From Styela clava (Eukaryota), in assembly GCF_964204865.1 (NCBI RefSeq), contig NC_135263.1, forward strand, positions 9,362,001-9,426,000: DNA of 64,000 nt, read 5' to 3'. Positions 43,801-54,588 of the stretch are shown here, one piece after another (the first letter of the stretch is position 1; every line of letters begins with the position of its first letter). The notes under the pieces are model-generated. The model was not told where the DNA came from and made no database searches. It saw only the letters and a list, made by a program, of their open reading frames with translations. The position numbers were made by a program, and so were the translations under genes.

Positions 43801-46196
43801 ATTAATGAATAAATACGCTTTTTATTTATTCAAGACAATCAAGAAGTGATGTTGACCGCCATCTAGATATGTGCAAAAGAGAAGAATCGCCTCGTTCTAT
43901 TGGATCACCAATGGAACGCAGAAGTATTGGAAATATCAGTGTGTCTTCTTTCCATTCACACAAGATGCCATCTGATGCAGGTATTAAATATGATCGTTTT
44001 TAAGCTTTTGTCATAAAGATGAAATAAATCTATCATTGATTTGTACAAGTATACAAAATACCATAATTTTATGGCGTTATAAATTGTATTCAACGTTCAA
44101 CTCTTCTATAGGCCTTTCCCGCAACCAATTCTCCTAACTTGACTGTATAGATAAGACATACCAAACTGATTTGAGACCTCTCAAAATGTTTTGGTATGCT
44201 GGAAGTAATTGTCCAGAAGTCCGGCCGTACTTTTCAATTGATACATTTTTATAGGAAATACATTTACATAACGACAGATCTTCAACAGATGAAGGAAAGA
44301 AAATGTTACTCATTTAGTAAAGTTCACTGAATCATATATACCCGAGTATGATAAAGCTTAATTCTAGTCTGGGAATATAAATGTTATCTGGATTATGTTC
44401 ATACAACAACATAAATGTGGCAATCAAACGAAATTGTTTTATTTCAATGACCTCGCCCTAAACAATTGGTATTAGATTCGATGACATATTATATAAGATA
44501 AAAATCCCTTTCTAGTAAAAATCCTGTGAAATATATTTAAATTTGTTGATATATTCAACAGATAGAGATAACGACCGCCGCCAGTCCTACCCTGGTGATG
44601 ATATCGATGTCTTTGATTCTCAACACATAAACGGACAAGAATTCAACAAAACCAAAGAGGAATCCGATGCCCTTCCCGATTCGCCGGTCGAAAATGGGAG
44701 TGATTGGCGTCCAGAACATTCAGAAAATCCGATCAATGGTGCCGCCAGTATTTCTTCGATGCAGACTTTGCTGAACAACATTCAAGGATTGCTAAAAGTA
44801 GCAGCAGATAACGCAAAGCTACAAGATAAACAATTATCTTTTGAAATCGGTAAGTTACACAAATAAATTAAATTTTATTCTCAAATGCTGATGAATCGTT
44901 AGTTAGTATTCATCTAGATTTCTATACAGAGAATTTACATATTGTGTATAAATTACAGTTCTTTATTTGCTCATTTTGTATTTATTCGATATCGCTAAAT
45001 TACTATTTGACATATATTTGCAGCTGAACTGAAGAACAGAATAACCAAAGAACAAGAAATGAGAGCTGAGGTTCAAAGAAAACTCGAAGAGAGCGAAAGA
45101 ATACGAGGTAAAATTTCTAAATTACCTATTATTATGCGAACAAACCACTTATTGATTTAATTTAATATAAATAGACCCAAAACAGAATAAATAATTCTTG
45201 GTACACAAACGAAGATTTGTTTTTGAATTCTGTCTTTTGTTCTTTATCAGCCTCAATACAAAGAAAATTGACCCGTGAGAGAGAAGCCATAAAACATCTT
45301 CAAGAACAAAACTTAAACGCACAGGATAAATGGCAACGAGGAAATGGTAAGAAAAAGTATTATTACAAATTGGTAATAACATAGCTTGTAAAAAAGCAGT
45401 GCATTATCATAGATATCGTCTCGATTACTATTTTTCTTCACGATCGATAAGCAATCTCAAATTCAAAACATTTTTGTGGGGGTTACACATAAAATTTTTT
45501 AAGCTGAAGAAGATATGCATGCCTTTAATTTGACTTTATTTTAATTTCAACAGTAAAATCCCCAATGAATGATAATGATCGAACCTCATCAGTTGATGAA
45601 CAGCATTCTCCTGTTGCTCAGAGAGAATTATCGCCAGTACTTGCAGGCAGACATTTCACATCTGACAACACCAATGCTGCCAATATCCAAGCCTCAACAG
45701 CCATAACGCCGACAGGTGAGACCATTTCTGACTACTTATTTAAAAATGCATCCATCACATTTACTTTTATAACGTAGGTTTGTTGGTAATCGATTTTGCA
45801 ATGTGCTTGCATGATTGTCGAGTTTCATCATCTACTATTACAGCCCTTACATGTTGATCGTTCATTGATATAAAACTATAAAAGTAGAAAATATTTTTCT
45901 ATTTTTAATTAATAAACGTAAAATTACTATAGTCTATTTATAATTCAGAATTTTCTCCAATGTCATCATCACCATCTGTCGTATCACCAGGCAGTACAGG
46001 AGAATGCTCAGCAACATACTGGAATTCGTCTCGTTCGTTAGTTGCCGAACACACAAACACAGCAGCTGACATTACTAATAACAGCAACAGAACACCGTCT
46101 CCAAACCAACCTTCATCTCCTATAAATATGTCGACTACCGGTGAAAGAAATTGGATGCCACACGCCCTCGTCCAGTCGACTCCTTGCGCCAAGTGA
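34820..46196 (+). CDS. Dach: Dachshund homolog (Ski/Sno/Dac family transcriptional regulator), 16 coding exons, 709 aa
   Basis: Exons: 34820-34894, 38758-38895, 39180-39281, 39517-39623, 40414-40507, 41136-41232, 42599-42699, 42828-42995, 43235-43318, 43486-43625, 43835-43980, 44562-44849, 45024-45107, 45251-45346, 45554-45715, 45949-46196. All introns are GT-AG, phases are consistent, and the total is 2130 nt with no internal stop. DD1: PVYSTPHPVQSTPANNECKLVELRGVNIASFMIGGEEFICLPQVFDRFLKHLVGGLHTVYTKLKRLNIAPVVCNVEQVRVLRGLGAIQPGVNRCKLITRKDFETLYQDCTTASRPGRPPKR. DD2: SSMQTLLNNIQGLLKVAADNAKLQDKQ followed by a coiled coil. Confidence 0.96.
38758..38895 (+). CDS. Dach: Dach exon 2, start of DD1 (NERPVYSTP...ICLPQ)
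   Basis: TAG|AAT acceptor, CAG|GTATA donor; matches the Dach DD1 N-terminus. Not in the ORF track. Confidence 0.95.
39180..39281 (+). CDS. Dach: Dach exon 3 (VFDRFLKHLVGGLHTVYTKLKRLNIAPVVCNVEQ)
   Basis: Near-invariant DD1 sequence; CAG|G acceptor, |GTAAG donor. Confidence 0.97.
39517..39623 (+). CDS. Dach: Dach exon 4 (VRVLRGLGAIQPGVNRCKLITRKDFETLYQDCTTA)
   Basis: Near-invariant DD1 sequence; canonical splice sites, phase 2 end. Confidence 0.97.
40414..40507 (+). CDS. Dach: Dach exon 5 (SRPGRPPKRYPILPP...)
   Basis: Conserved SRPGRPPKR motif; TTTTTAG acceptor, GTAAGT donor. Confidence 0.95.
41136..41232 (+). CDS. Dach: Dach exon 6
   Basis: CACAG|GGC acceptor, |GTATGT donor; frame and phase consistent. 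Confidence 0.85.
42599..42699 (+). CDS. Dach: Dach exon 7
   Basis: TTTTAG|TG acceptor, CAG|GTATAG donor; phase 1 to 0; S/P/R-rich linker. Confidence 0.85.
42828..42995 (+). CDS. Dach: Dach exon 8
   Basis: TTTACAG|CAA acceptor, GAA|GTACG donor; 56 codons. Confidence 0.85.
43235..43318 (+). CDS. Dach: Dach exon 9 (MARNPSNEEAASSGTNSGADRDQSSPIQ); symmetric phase 0/0, potentially skippable
   Basis: ATAG|ATG acceptor, CAG|GTATT donor; GC-richer than the flanking introns; not in the ORF track. Confidence 0.75.
43486..43625 (+). CDS. Dach: Dach exon 10
   Basis: AACAG|AAC acceptor, AG|GTACT donor; phase 0 to 2. Confidence 0.85.
43590..43830 (+). repeat. Tandem duplication (2 x 119 bp, period 122) of the Dach exon 10 3' end plus intron 10
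   Basis: 43590-43708 and 43712-43830 are identical except for one base (ATGTGG vs ATGGGG), separated by GTT. Confidence 0.95.
43835..43980 (+). CDS. Dach: Dach exon 11
   Basis: TTCAAG|A acceptor, CAG|GTATT donor; phase 2 to 1, open frame. Confidence 0.85.
44562..44849 (+). CDS. Dach: Dach exon 12, start of DD2 (SSMQTLLNNIQGLLKVAADNA)
   Basis: Matches the DD2 consensus SSIETLLTNIQGLLKVAIDNA; canonical splice sites. Confidence 0.95.
45024..45107 (+). CDS. Dach: Dach exon 13, DD2 coiled coil (AELKNRITKEQEMRAEVQRKLEESERIR)
   Basis: TTGCAG acceptor, |GTAAA donor; resembles the DD2 segment ELKMxxxRERELRExLEKQL. Confidence 0.92.
45251..45346 (+). CDS. Dach: Dach exon 14, DD2 coiled coil (ASIQRKLTREREAIKHLQEQ)
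   Basis: ATCAG acceptor, |GTAAG donor; resembles AIxQKRLKKEKKAKRKLQE. Confidence 0.9.
45554..45715 (+). CDS. Dach: Dach exon 15
   Basis: AACAG acceptor, |GTGAG donor; phase 1 to 1. Confidence 0.85.
45949..46196 (+). CDS. Dach: Dach terminal coding exon 16
   Basis: TTCAG|AA acceptor; S/T/P-rich tail ending STPCAK-TGA. Confidence 0.85.
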
Positions 46197-47717
46197 AAAG
46201 ACAATTTCAACACAAGAATGATACTAGATTTGCCAGCCTGGGCCTTTAGTGTGAAGTAAATGCAAGTGTGCTGAAGTATAAATACTGTCAGATGACCAGT
46301 GCAGCGAAACAAAAGAGAGGGTTTGCGAAAGACAATACCGAATTCTCAGACTCTTATAGCACTGCGGTTCGTCGGATAATTTTGAGCACTCAACAAAAAA
46401 TCATTGTATACCCGAGAACGACACCGATTACTGTCTAGTGAGATTTTTCAAGTCACTGGTCTGTTTGCATCAAAAATATTGAGTTCTTTCTTTGAGATAG
46501 CGGAATAATATGGCTTGAACTGATTTTGTTTGATTTTTTTTTTGTTTGTGCAATAAAGAGATGAAAATAACCAATAATATAATAATTTGAACGCAGTATG
46601 CCAAGTTGAGAAATTTCGAAAGAGCAATTTTAGTATAACTTTCAGACAAATGATAAATTTAAACCAATAATTCAACCGTGCATTCCAGAGCAACTTATTT
46701 TATACGCAACAATTCCGGAGTTTTTATAATGAATGAATGTGAATACGACCAGATCAAATAAATGCCCTCACTTCAATTAATCGTTCAGCTTCCGAAACAT
46801 TGAAAAAAAATGATTTTAAATCACATGAAAACGTGTCTTTATGTATAGCTGTAAAATTTGAAAGTTTTTGTAATATATATCAACAAAACGTCTACTTATT
46901 TTCGAGCTATAAATGCAACAAATGACACCATATTGCGGAGGGAAATAGGACGCCATTTCCGAGCATTTTGTGATAGATTATATCATCACATTGGAGGTGG
47001 ATATTGGATCATAATAATAACGAAAGACGAGTGCGATTTCCGTTATTTTAATTGTGTATAACTGAATACAAAATCGATTTGAATTTAACTGGGTCAAAAT
47101 TCAAAGATTATCGGATCACGCATGAAACTTATATCTAGCTTGCCTTTCGTGAGAGCGTTTTTTTAATCCCATGCATAGTCGTAGATATTTTTACCACCCA
47201 GAAGTCAGGATGTATTTCATAATGTGATAAGTGGGTTGTATTTCCGCTGTTGACGTTTCATATGAATATAATCATCTGTGTATTGTTATTACTAATTCAT
47301 TTTATTGTTTTTGCAAATCATTCAACCCTCTTATTGCACAATGTAAACAGGGTTATGAATTGCTATAAGCCTGTTTTGGCGTCCGTCACAAATTACGAGG
47401 TTGTGAACAACAGATTTGAGGTAAAAATAATTAAGCGAATGACACTTATTTATGTGACACAGAATTATTCTTATTTTGCCCTTTGATCGGAAATTCCAAA
47501 ATAATATTGATATTCTTGTGTTTTACTGCTTTTATTAGCTTACCTTGAACTATGGTACACATACTAAATCACTCTACAAGGTAACAATTACAACTACAAT
47601 TATAACTGCCGATAACGTACTCTGATAAATGAAAGTAGTAACCCGATTGGGAAATGTTTTAGGGTCATTCAACTCCCAGCATGCTTAACATAGATAACCT
47701 TCAGTCAATATATATTT

Positions 47718-47723
47718 AATAAA
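47718..47723 (+). terminator. Candidate Dach polyadenylation signal (alternative AATAAA at 46552)
   Basis: AATAAA followed by GT/T-rich sequence; motif evidence only, in AT-rich DNA. Confidence 0.25.
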
Positions 47724-50700
47724 GTTTTATTGTGACGTTCTAACATAAATTTGGCCTATTTCTCGTGGTCATATAAACTTGAAAATCATTGTCATTGACC
47801 ACCAGTTTAAATTTTTTTCAATGAAAATTTTGAGTTCATCAATCAACAAGCTATAACTAGAAGTTATGGGCGAGCTTCAAATCACTAATCATCATAAGGT
47901 GTGGGACATATACTAATAAAACCGGAACAAAAAAGTAAAAATTCTAACAACGTCGATTTAAAGAAATTTTAATGATGTTCCCTGATAATATTAAACTTAA
48001 CAAATCACACGATGATCTTTATGATGTCGAGCAGCAATAGCAAATCAATATGACAAATCATTATTTAGTTAAGTCTTTTATTTACTAATCACATTCATTA
48101 AAATATTTCTTATACATCCATATTTACACAATGTCACAAATAGCCTTGTAAAATTTGAACACGTAATCGTAAACGTTGTGAAGATTTATGTGGGACATTC
48201 AGACATCATCCGGTAGACAATAAAATGAAATACGGTGATGTTAACGGGCAAGTAAAACAAATATACATTGACGTAATATTTATAATCATTATATGAAGAT
48301 ATGTCAATTTAAGAATATAAAAATTAGATTTCAAATGAACTAAACAAGAACTTGATTTCAGCAGTAACGCGACTATGATGCAAGCTCTGTATAAAGAGCA
48401 TTCGTAGTTATAAAAGATGACAATGTTATTTTGAATAAAAATATGGCAATATCCATGACCAAGTTAGACTATGGATTTTGGATTTGACGCAATTTAATTC
48501 ACATTTAGGAGTTCAAAGATTAAATGCAAGTGTACTTTTTTTAATTGATATATATCCTAAAATTTCAAAATAATGTGTACTGGTATTGCTGAAATATGAC
48601 AATGAAACATTTTATTCAGGTTTGGTGGATTGGTGATATATATTTATGAAGCTTTCTATATTCACTACAATTTTACTTGGCGCCGCCATTTTATTTTTGA
48701 CGTTAGTACTTAAATGCAACCTCGTAGTTATAAAACATTCTCACCACTAAAACGCTTTCTGGCGCAACTTAATTCCAACAAATCTATTTTCACGCTCATA
48801 TTCGTTTGGCGTGAAAATAAATTTGTGAAAACTTGCGAAAATATCTGTTTTGTTTCACTTATTTAAAATGTTTGATTCGGTCTAGTGAATTTCCATGAAT
48901 TTCGTAAAAAGTGCAAATTGCTTTGAACATACGTTTATTACGAAAATATTGTGTAGAACATGAAAATGTTATAATCGTTGTTGATTAAACTTGTACTTAA
49001 CAAAATCTTAGTCAATTCAATAATATTTGCAGTAATTAGATTGCACTGGTGTCTCATATATTAAGACCATTCATATAATTATTAGTTCATAAAATCGATG
49101 TAGCCTACCTATTTATAGTCACAGGCGTAATAAAAATAGTGAACAATTTTGAATATCAATGATATAAGCCCTATAATAGATATTTATTTCATTGATTCTT
49201 TCATACAATTTGCTTTGTGGTGCTTTTGTTTAGTTGAGTATTAAGAAAATAATCGAGTTTTACAGATCAAACCATGACAATACTCGGCGAAATTTTTTGT
49301 CATAAACATTTAAACTCTTCTATAACGTTCCATAAACAGTGCAAAGTTAGAAAATCGTCAATTCTGTTGAATTGAATGACATAATATTATAATGACATGA
49401 GAACTACATTATAAATAGATGGCTGAAATGAAATATATACTGAAAGTACAGTACTGAATAGTTATATAGAACACTGTTTTTATAAACTGTAATCATTGTT
49501 ATGAATAAAAACTTTTTATTCTTACTGGTGCCAGATGGCCATTGTAACGAAATAAATAAAATTGATTGTGATGGTATTCAATGGAAAGCAATTCGAGTAG
49601 TTAGAAAAATAAAATGCATGGATCCTAACCGAGCAATGTATTTGCACCAGAATTAGCAATTCTGCTGTAGTCCTCACAAGTTTAAAGGAAAATCCATAAA
49701 CTGAATGCAGGAGGCTAAAAATTTAGGCAATGAATAATATATACCCCAATGCTCGAATTACGTGCTGTGACAGATTTGAAATCGTAAATATAAAACTCAA
49801 AACATACTTTTTCATCAAACAGACCACAGTTCTTATTTACTTTTCGGTTCATATCAACGGAAATATATACAAAGTTATGAATTATGAAATATGAAACTTG
49901 ATATTCCGAATAATTACACTTGAGAATTTTTCAGTGAACTGTGTCTGTAAACAATTGCTATTGCTCTCATAAAGCGGAAAGTGAGCTCTTAACACGATTT
50001 GCCAATATCGTAGTCGCACTTCAAAGAAATAAGTTAATCTAAAAACACAAAACAAATGAAATTCTTCTGTTATTCCTATTATTGAAGACTAATATTTTTT
50101 ATATCAATTTGACTCCATTTTATCTCGCGGTTGAAGTAATTTGGCTTGGAGATTCAGTAGAGTTGGGTCAAAGTTTGGTTGATAGGCTTGTGTTTGATCA
50201 AAGTGGTCAAAAATTACAATATGTATTTGAATCCGATGTTTCCCTATTTTAGGCAACTTCTTGGAATTTAGTGGAAAGTTAATGAGACGGATGAGACTAC
50301 CCCTTGGTATAATGCATCACAAAATGCGCGATAAAGCGGTTTGTGTGCAAATTGAACCTAAAATATTTATTTTTTATTATTTTGTGTTTGTGTGTAGTAT
50401 GGAAATATATGGCGCTTTTAACAATTTCAGTCTTCTGCACCAGACAATTCGAAACCAACTTTTAATATTATCAACGTTCAGATTGACAAACTACTCTGGC
50501 GCTATTGCTATGGTGAGTTCTGAATCGTGGTGAGAGCCGTAATCTTTTCGATTTGGCTAAAGAAGAAATGAAAAAAAAACACGTTAAGCAGTTCAATTAT
50601 CGTGTCCACTGGGATCTCAAGATTCAAAGATATAATTCGAACTATACTGTGATGGAAAACTTTGGAGCATAATGCAACCGACTCCAAATTTATCTCAAGC

Positions 50701-51099
50701 TAACCAGCAATCTTGCAAAGGGTGTAGGGAGTAGAGGCTTAACCCGTTTTGGGTTAGCATTTCCCCCAGGGGCTAAGTCCTGTTGTCCCACATTTAATAA
50801 TAAATACTTGACACATGTGTTGGGGGAAGCCTGTGAAACCGAGCGGAAAAAAACCCGTCAATACCAGTAGGTCTGCCTGGTTTTAAGAAATTTTACAAAA
50901 AGTCATTTAAAAAAATCCCAAAAATTGATCTTAATATCGAACGGAAAAGAAATTCAAATATCCGTTAGCAAATATTCTCACATTTTAATCACCTACAGAA
51001 TTCAAACCTGATGAGATAACCTTTGAGAATAAAAGTAAAAAACAACCACAATAGTTTCGATGAAGGAGCACATTTTGAACTGCTCACGAGCCACGTACC

Positions 51100-51257
51100 A
51101 CGAACCCACGTACATTTGTACCCACGGCAATCGCACCTATGGAATTTATTTTGTTTTGCGGATATTTGAACCCATACTAACCCTAACCCATGGGTTTTAG
51201 CCCCCGTATATAGATTGAACACGCGGATATAAACATGGGTTTAAATGTACGGTCACC
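51100..51257. mobile_element. Degenerate MITE with a GGTGAC terminus and internal TAACCCTAACCC
   Basis: CGTACATTTGTACCCACGG (~51109) is an imperfect inverse of CATGGGTTTAAATGTACGGTCACC (51234-51257). Left end eroded. Confidence 0.5.
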
Positions 51258-53025
51258 GTTTTTATTACTTTCAACGTATAATTTGTCGTTTCAAATCATA
51301 AACCGCTAGAACAAAAATAATAATAAATTCATTTCATATTTCCACAAACTGTTTATTATAGGAAAAGCCAAGATAAGGTCAATTTTTAATGTAAATATAC
51401 AAGGAAATGGAGGCGGAAAACTATGTACGTTATGCTTGTTTTTATTTGCTGGTTATATGCTGTAGTAAAAACTACTTACCTTGAACGGATAACCTTTGCC
51501 ATATTTTTGTTTCAACGATCGTCCTGCAAACGAACAAGCCAAAGAGTCGGCGTTTAAGTCTTTAGTAGAGGCTTACGAACCGAACCGTTCATCTGCTTTC
51601 CTGATCTGTAGGACAAAACTGTTGTATAGGAAGGTGTATGTATTCATAGATTTTATTTCGGCAATTTAAAATTTCATGTAATCCCGGTATTCTTCGAAAA
51701 TTTCGTGTTATGTGTAGAATGAGATCACCTTGTTTTCATTAATGCAATTGGAATAATATAAATCTTTTGATAACATTGTGCTATACGGAGCATGATGTTG
51801 ATCGGGGGATATATATATATCTGAAGATATGGCCTAGATCTGCTTGCGGATTGATATATGAGTATTTAAGATTCGCATATTAATCTCGAAGTGGATGGTA
51901 TAAGCCAAAATAATTCCCGAACCAAGTATAGCAGTGTGTTAGAATTCAGACTGGAGTGGATGTGCCACCCTTTATGAAGTTAACTCATAACTTTAATGAT
52001 GACTCGCTGAAGTTGAATTACACTTGTGCCACGTGCTATTTCTATTGCAAATACAATAACCCAAAACTGTAAGAGCGCAACGTCATATTGTTTCGCTGAT
52101 TTTTTGCTCGATTTGACACGAAGCGGACCTACGGGTCGTTTTACTAAAATTTTGTTATATTATGCTAACTTTTGCCAGAAAGACAACAATTGTTAGTTAC
52201 AACTCATTCCTATATATCAGGGATGGCGAACCACTGACCCGCGGGTCACCAAGTCACCCACCGCGTTTTATTCGTGACCCGCGAAGGCACGAATAAAATA
52301 AAATGCTAACATTTTAGTGATATAATTTAAGAAAAACCGACTTTAAATTAATCTACCAATAACTAAACTATTATATTGTACCGTCATTCATGTTCAAATT
52401 GTTAATTTATCGTTCTCGGCCGGTTTGGTAATTTTAAAAACTCCTAATCTTGGACGTATGTATGCACCGCTGTGTACCTTTATTCAGCTATTGGCTCTGA
52501 CATAGTTTATGTCATAACAATGCATTTGATCTGTTCATTTCTCGCAACGTCTTGTCTCTTTCGGAAGTTCATCTGCAGACTGTTTAGGGGTTTATACGAG
52601 AACTAGATGCTACCGTACTTTGCATTTTATTAGTTTCTCACATACAATGCCGCTGAGAAAACAAAATCTTTGAGACTTGAAATGAAAACCTAGAAAATTA
52701 GAATGGAGAAGTGTGGAAGTGCCTTAACGGAGTCCTGAGGCTCCGTACGGAGCACTTTGAGAACCTAAAGTCTACGTAGTAGGATATAACAATGCGAACA
52801 ACTAAGCAACGAATGTTTCCCCGACGTTTGATCTCTTGAATTCTTCCTCTTTACACTCTACCATTGAAAAATTATTGGTACTTATTTCAAGAATGGTTTT
52901 GTGGGTTTAGGACTTATATTTAAAAAAAACTTAAAATCTTAAACTAAAATCTAACAAATAACACGCCAAAACCGACAAAACGAGGTAATATTCACAACCA
53001 TGAAAATCTGTCTGAATGACTAAAT

Positions 53026-53612
53026 CAGTGGTCGGCAACCACCGCCGCGGCCCATCGCCGTTCCGCGGAAAGGTGACGAAAAAGACGGACAATTTTCCTG
53101 ATAACATCTTTATTTGATTGAAATTTTAAACAATAATGAGTTGAAAAGAGTCTTTGCGATTTAAAGGGTAGCTACTTTGGAAATCTTTTGGGCAATACTG
53201 CTATCTGAATACCCCGGCATTGCGAAAAAAAGCTATTACAGGCATTTTTACATTTATGTCAGATCGGGTTTTCAAAATTGACAACTACAAAATCGCGGAA
53301 GGCTAAAAGTAAGAAACACGTTACTTGAATAACATCACTTTTATTTTTAAATTTAATATCAACCTAAATTTAAAACGTTTATTGTTACGTACGCACTTAT
53401 GCTGATTGGCCAATGTTACGGCAGTAAATAAGGAAGTCTAAACTCGGGGGAGATTCCATAAATATAATTAGGGTTTTATATAATTGTTATAGCTAAATTC
53501 GCTACACAGACGCGATGCTCATATTTATGGAAAATTTAAACTGTTTCGCGACCCAGAGCGGAGGGCTTCGCGACCCAAATTTGGGTCGCGACCCCGTAGT
53601 TGCGGACCCCTG
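53026..53612 (+). mobile_element. Buster-type hAT fragment(s) with a decayed transposase C-terminus
   Basis: Left end CAGTGGTCGGCAACC and right end GTTGCGGACCCCTG (12/14 complementary) with GGGTCGCGACCC subterminal motifs. 53114-53300 reads LIEILNNNELKRVF..TLEIFWAILLSEYPGIAKK/AI../HLCQIGFSKLTTTKSR across a stop and frameshifts. Flanking 8-mers differ (GACTAAAT vs CCGTACGG). Confidence 0.65.
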
Positions 53613-54588
53613 CCGTACGGTACCTCACCAGTACTGCAGTACCTGTTGCTGTATGTAGGCCTGCTATTCGATCGTGGAACGGTTCTTCTCTGGCATATAA
53701 AAACTCAATTCAATTTGCTCTTATCAAAATTAACAAATACAGTTGTAACCAATGAAAATTTCCGGGCAATTGGTCCAGTAATCAAAGAGAAAAGCCACTT
53801 TTCAGGTTTTTCACTAGGTGTCCAAAAGTGTCAAAGATCAACAACAACATAATATTGAAACAATCGCTATGTCCACTAGGTGTCCGACAACAAAACGATC
53901 GCTATGTCCACTATGTGTCCAATAATATTAACCTACTGTCTAGCATTAAAACATTCAATAAATCCCCATCCCGTAGTCGCAAAACCACGAACAAACATCC
54001 CTGGTAACCCACCGGAGACCGGAGGCACTCCCACAGACACTCATGACCAGAATCCAACCAAAAACCAACCACACTGTACCGGTACCAACCACAGCACACG
54101 CCAACAGGATACCTAAGGACAGATTGACAGTGTCACAGCGACCCAGTGTTGAAAATACAGAATACCAAATATCAGTGGCGGCGCGTGGTCATTTTGACAA
54201 CCGGGGCAAGCTACTGCGGGACCAAGTCACCCCCATCTACGGGGACAGGATGAGCGCTGTAAGTTCTCCCATCATTTTATGAGTATAAAGACCATTCCAT
54301 CGGTAACAACCAATCGGCAAAAGCGACAATTTTTAACGATAAGAAAGTGTCTTTAAAACCGGTCCAAGTCAAGGGATTAATAAATATAGACATAGTTTAT
54401 TTTGAAACCTCTTTCAAAAGGAAAGGCAATATTTACCCAGATAAATACAATGACATATTAACAGAAACTTCGGGAAAGCAGACAAAACCTGAAATAAGGT
54501 TTAAAACGTTACTATGAAGGAAGGAAAGTTAATGCAAAGATAAGGACATGCGTCGCTCACTCATAGATATATATATGCTGCTAGACTT

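Noticed and set aside
45938-46312. 124-aa minus-strand ORF
   Set aside because: Antisense shadow of Dach exon 16.
50720-50850. GC-rich segment with short inverted repeats, a possible ncRNA
   Set aside because: No tRNA or snRNA hallmarks; more likely an eroded MITE, and I cannot classify it.
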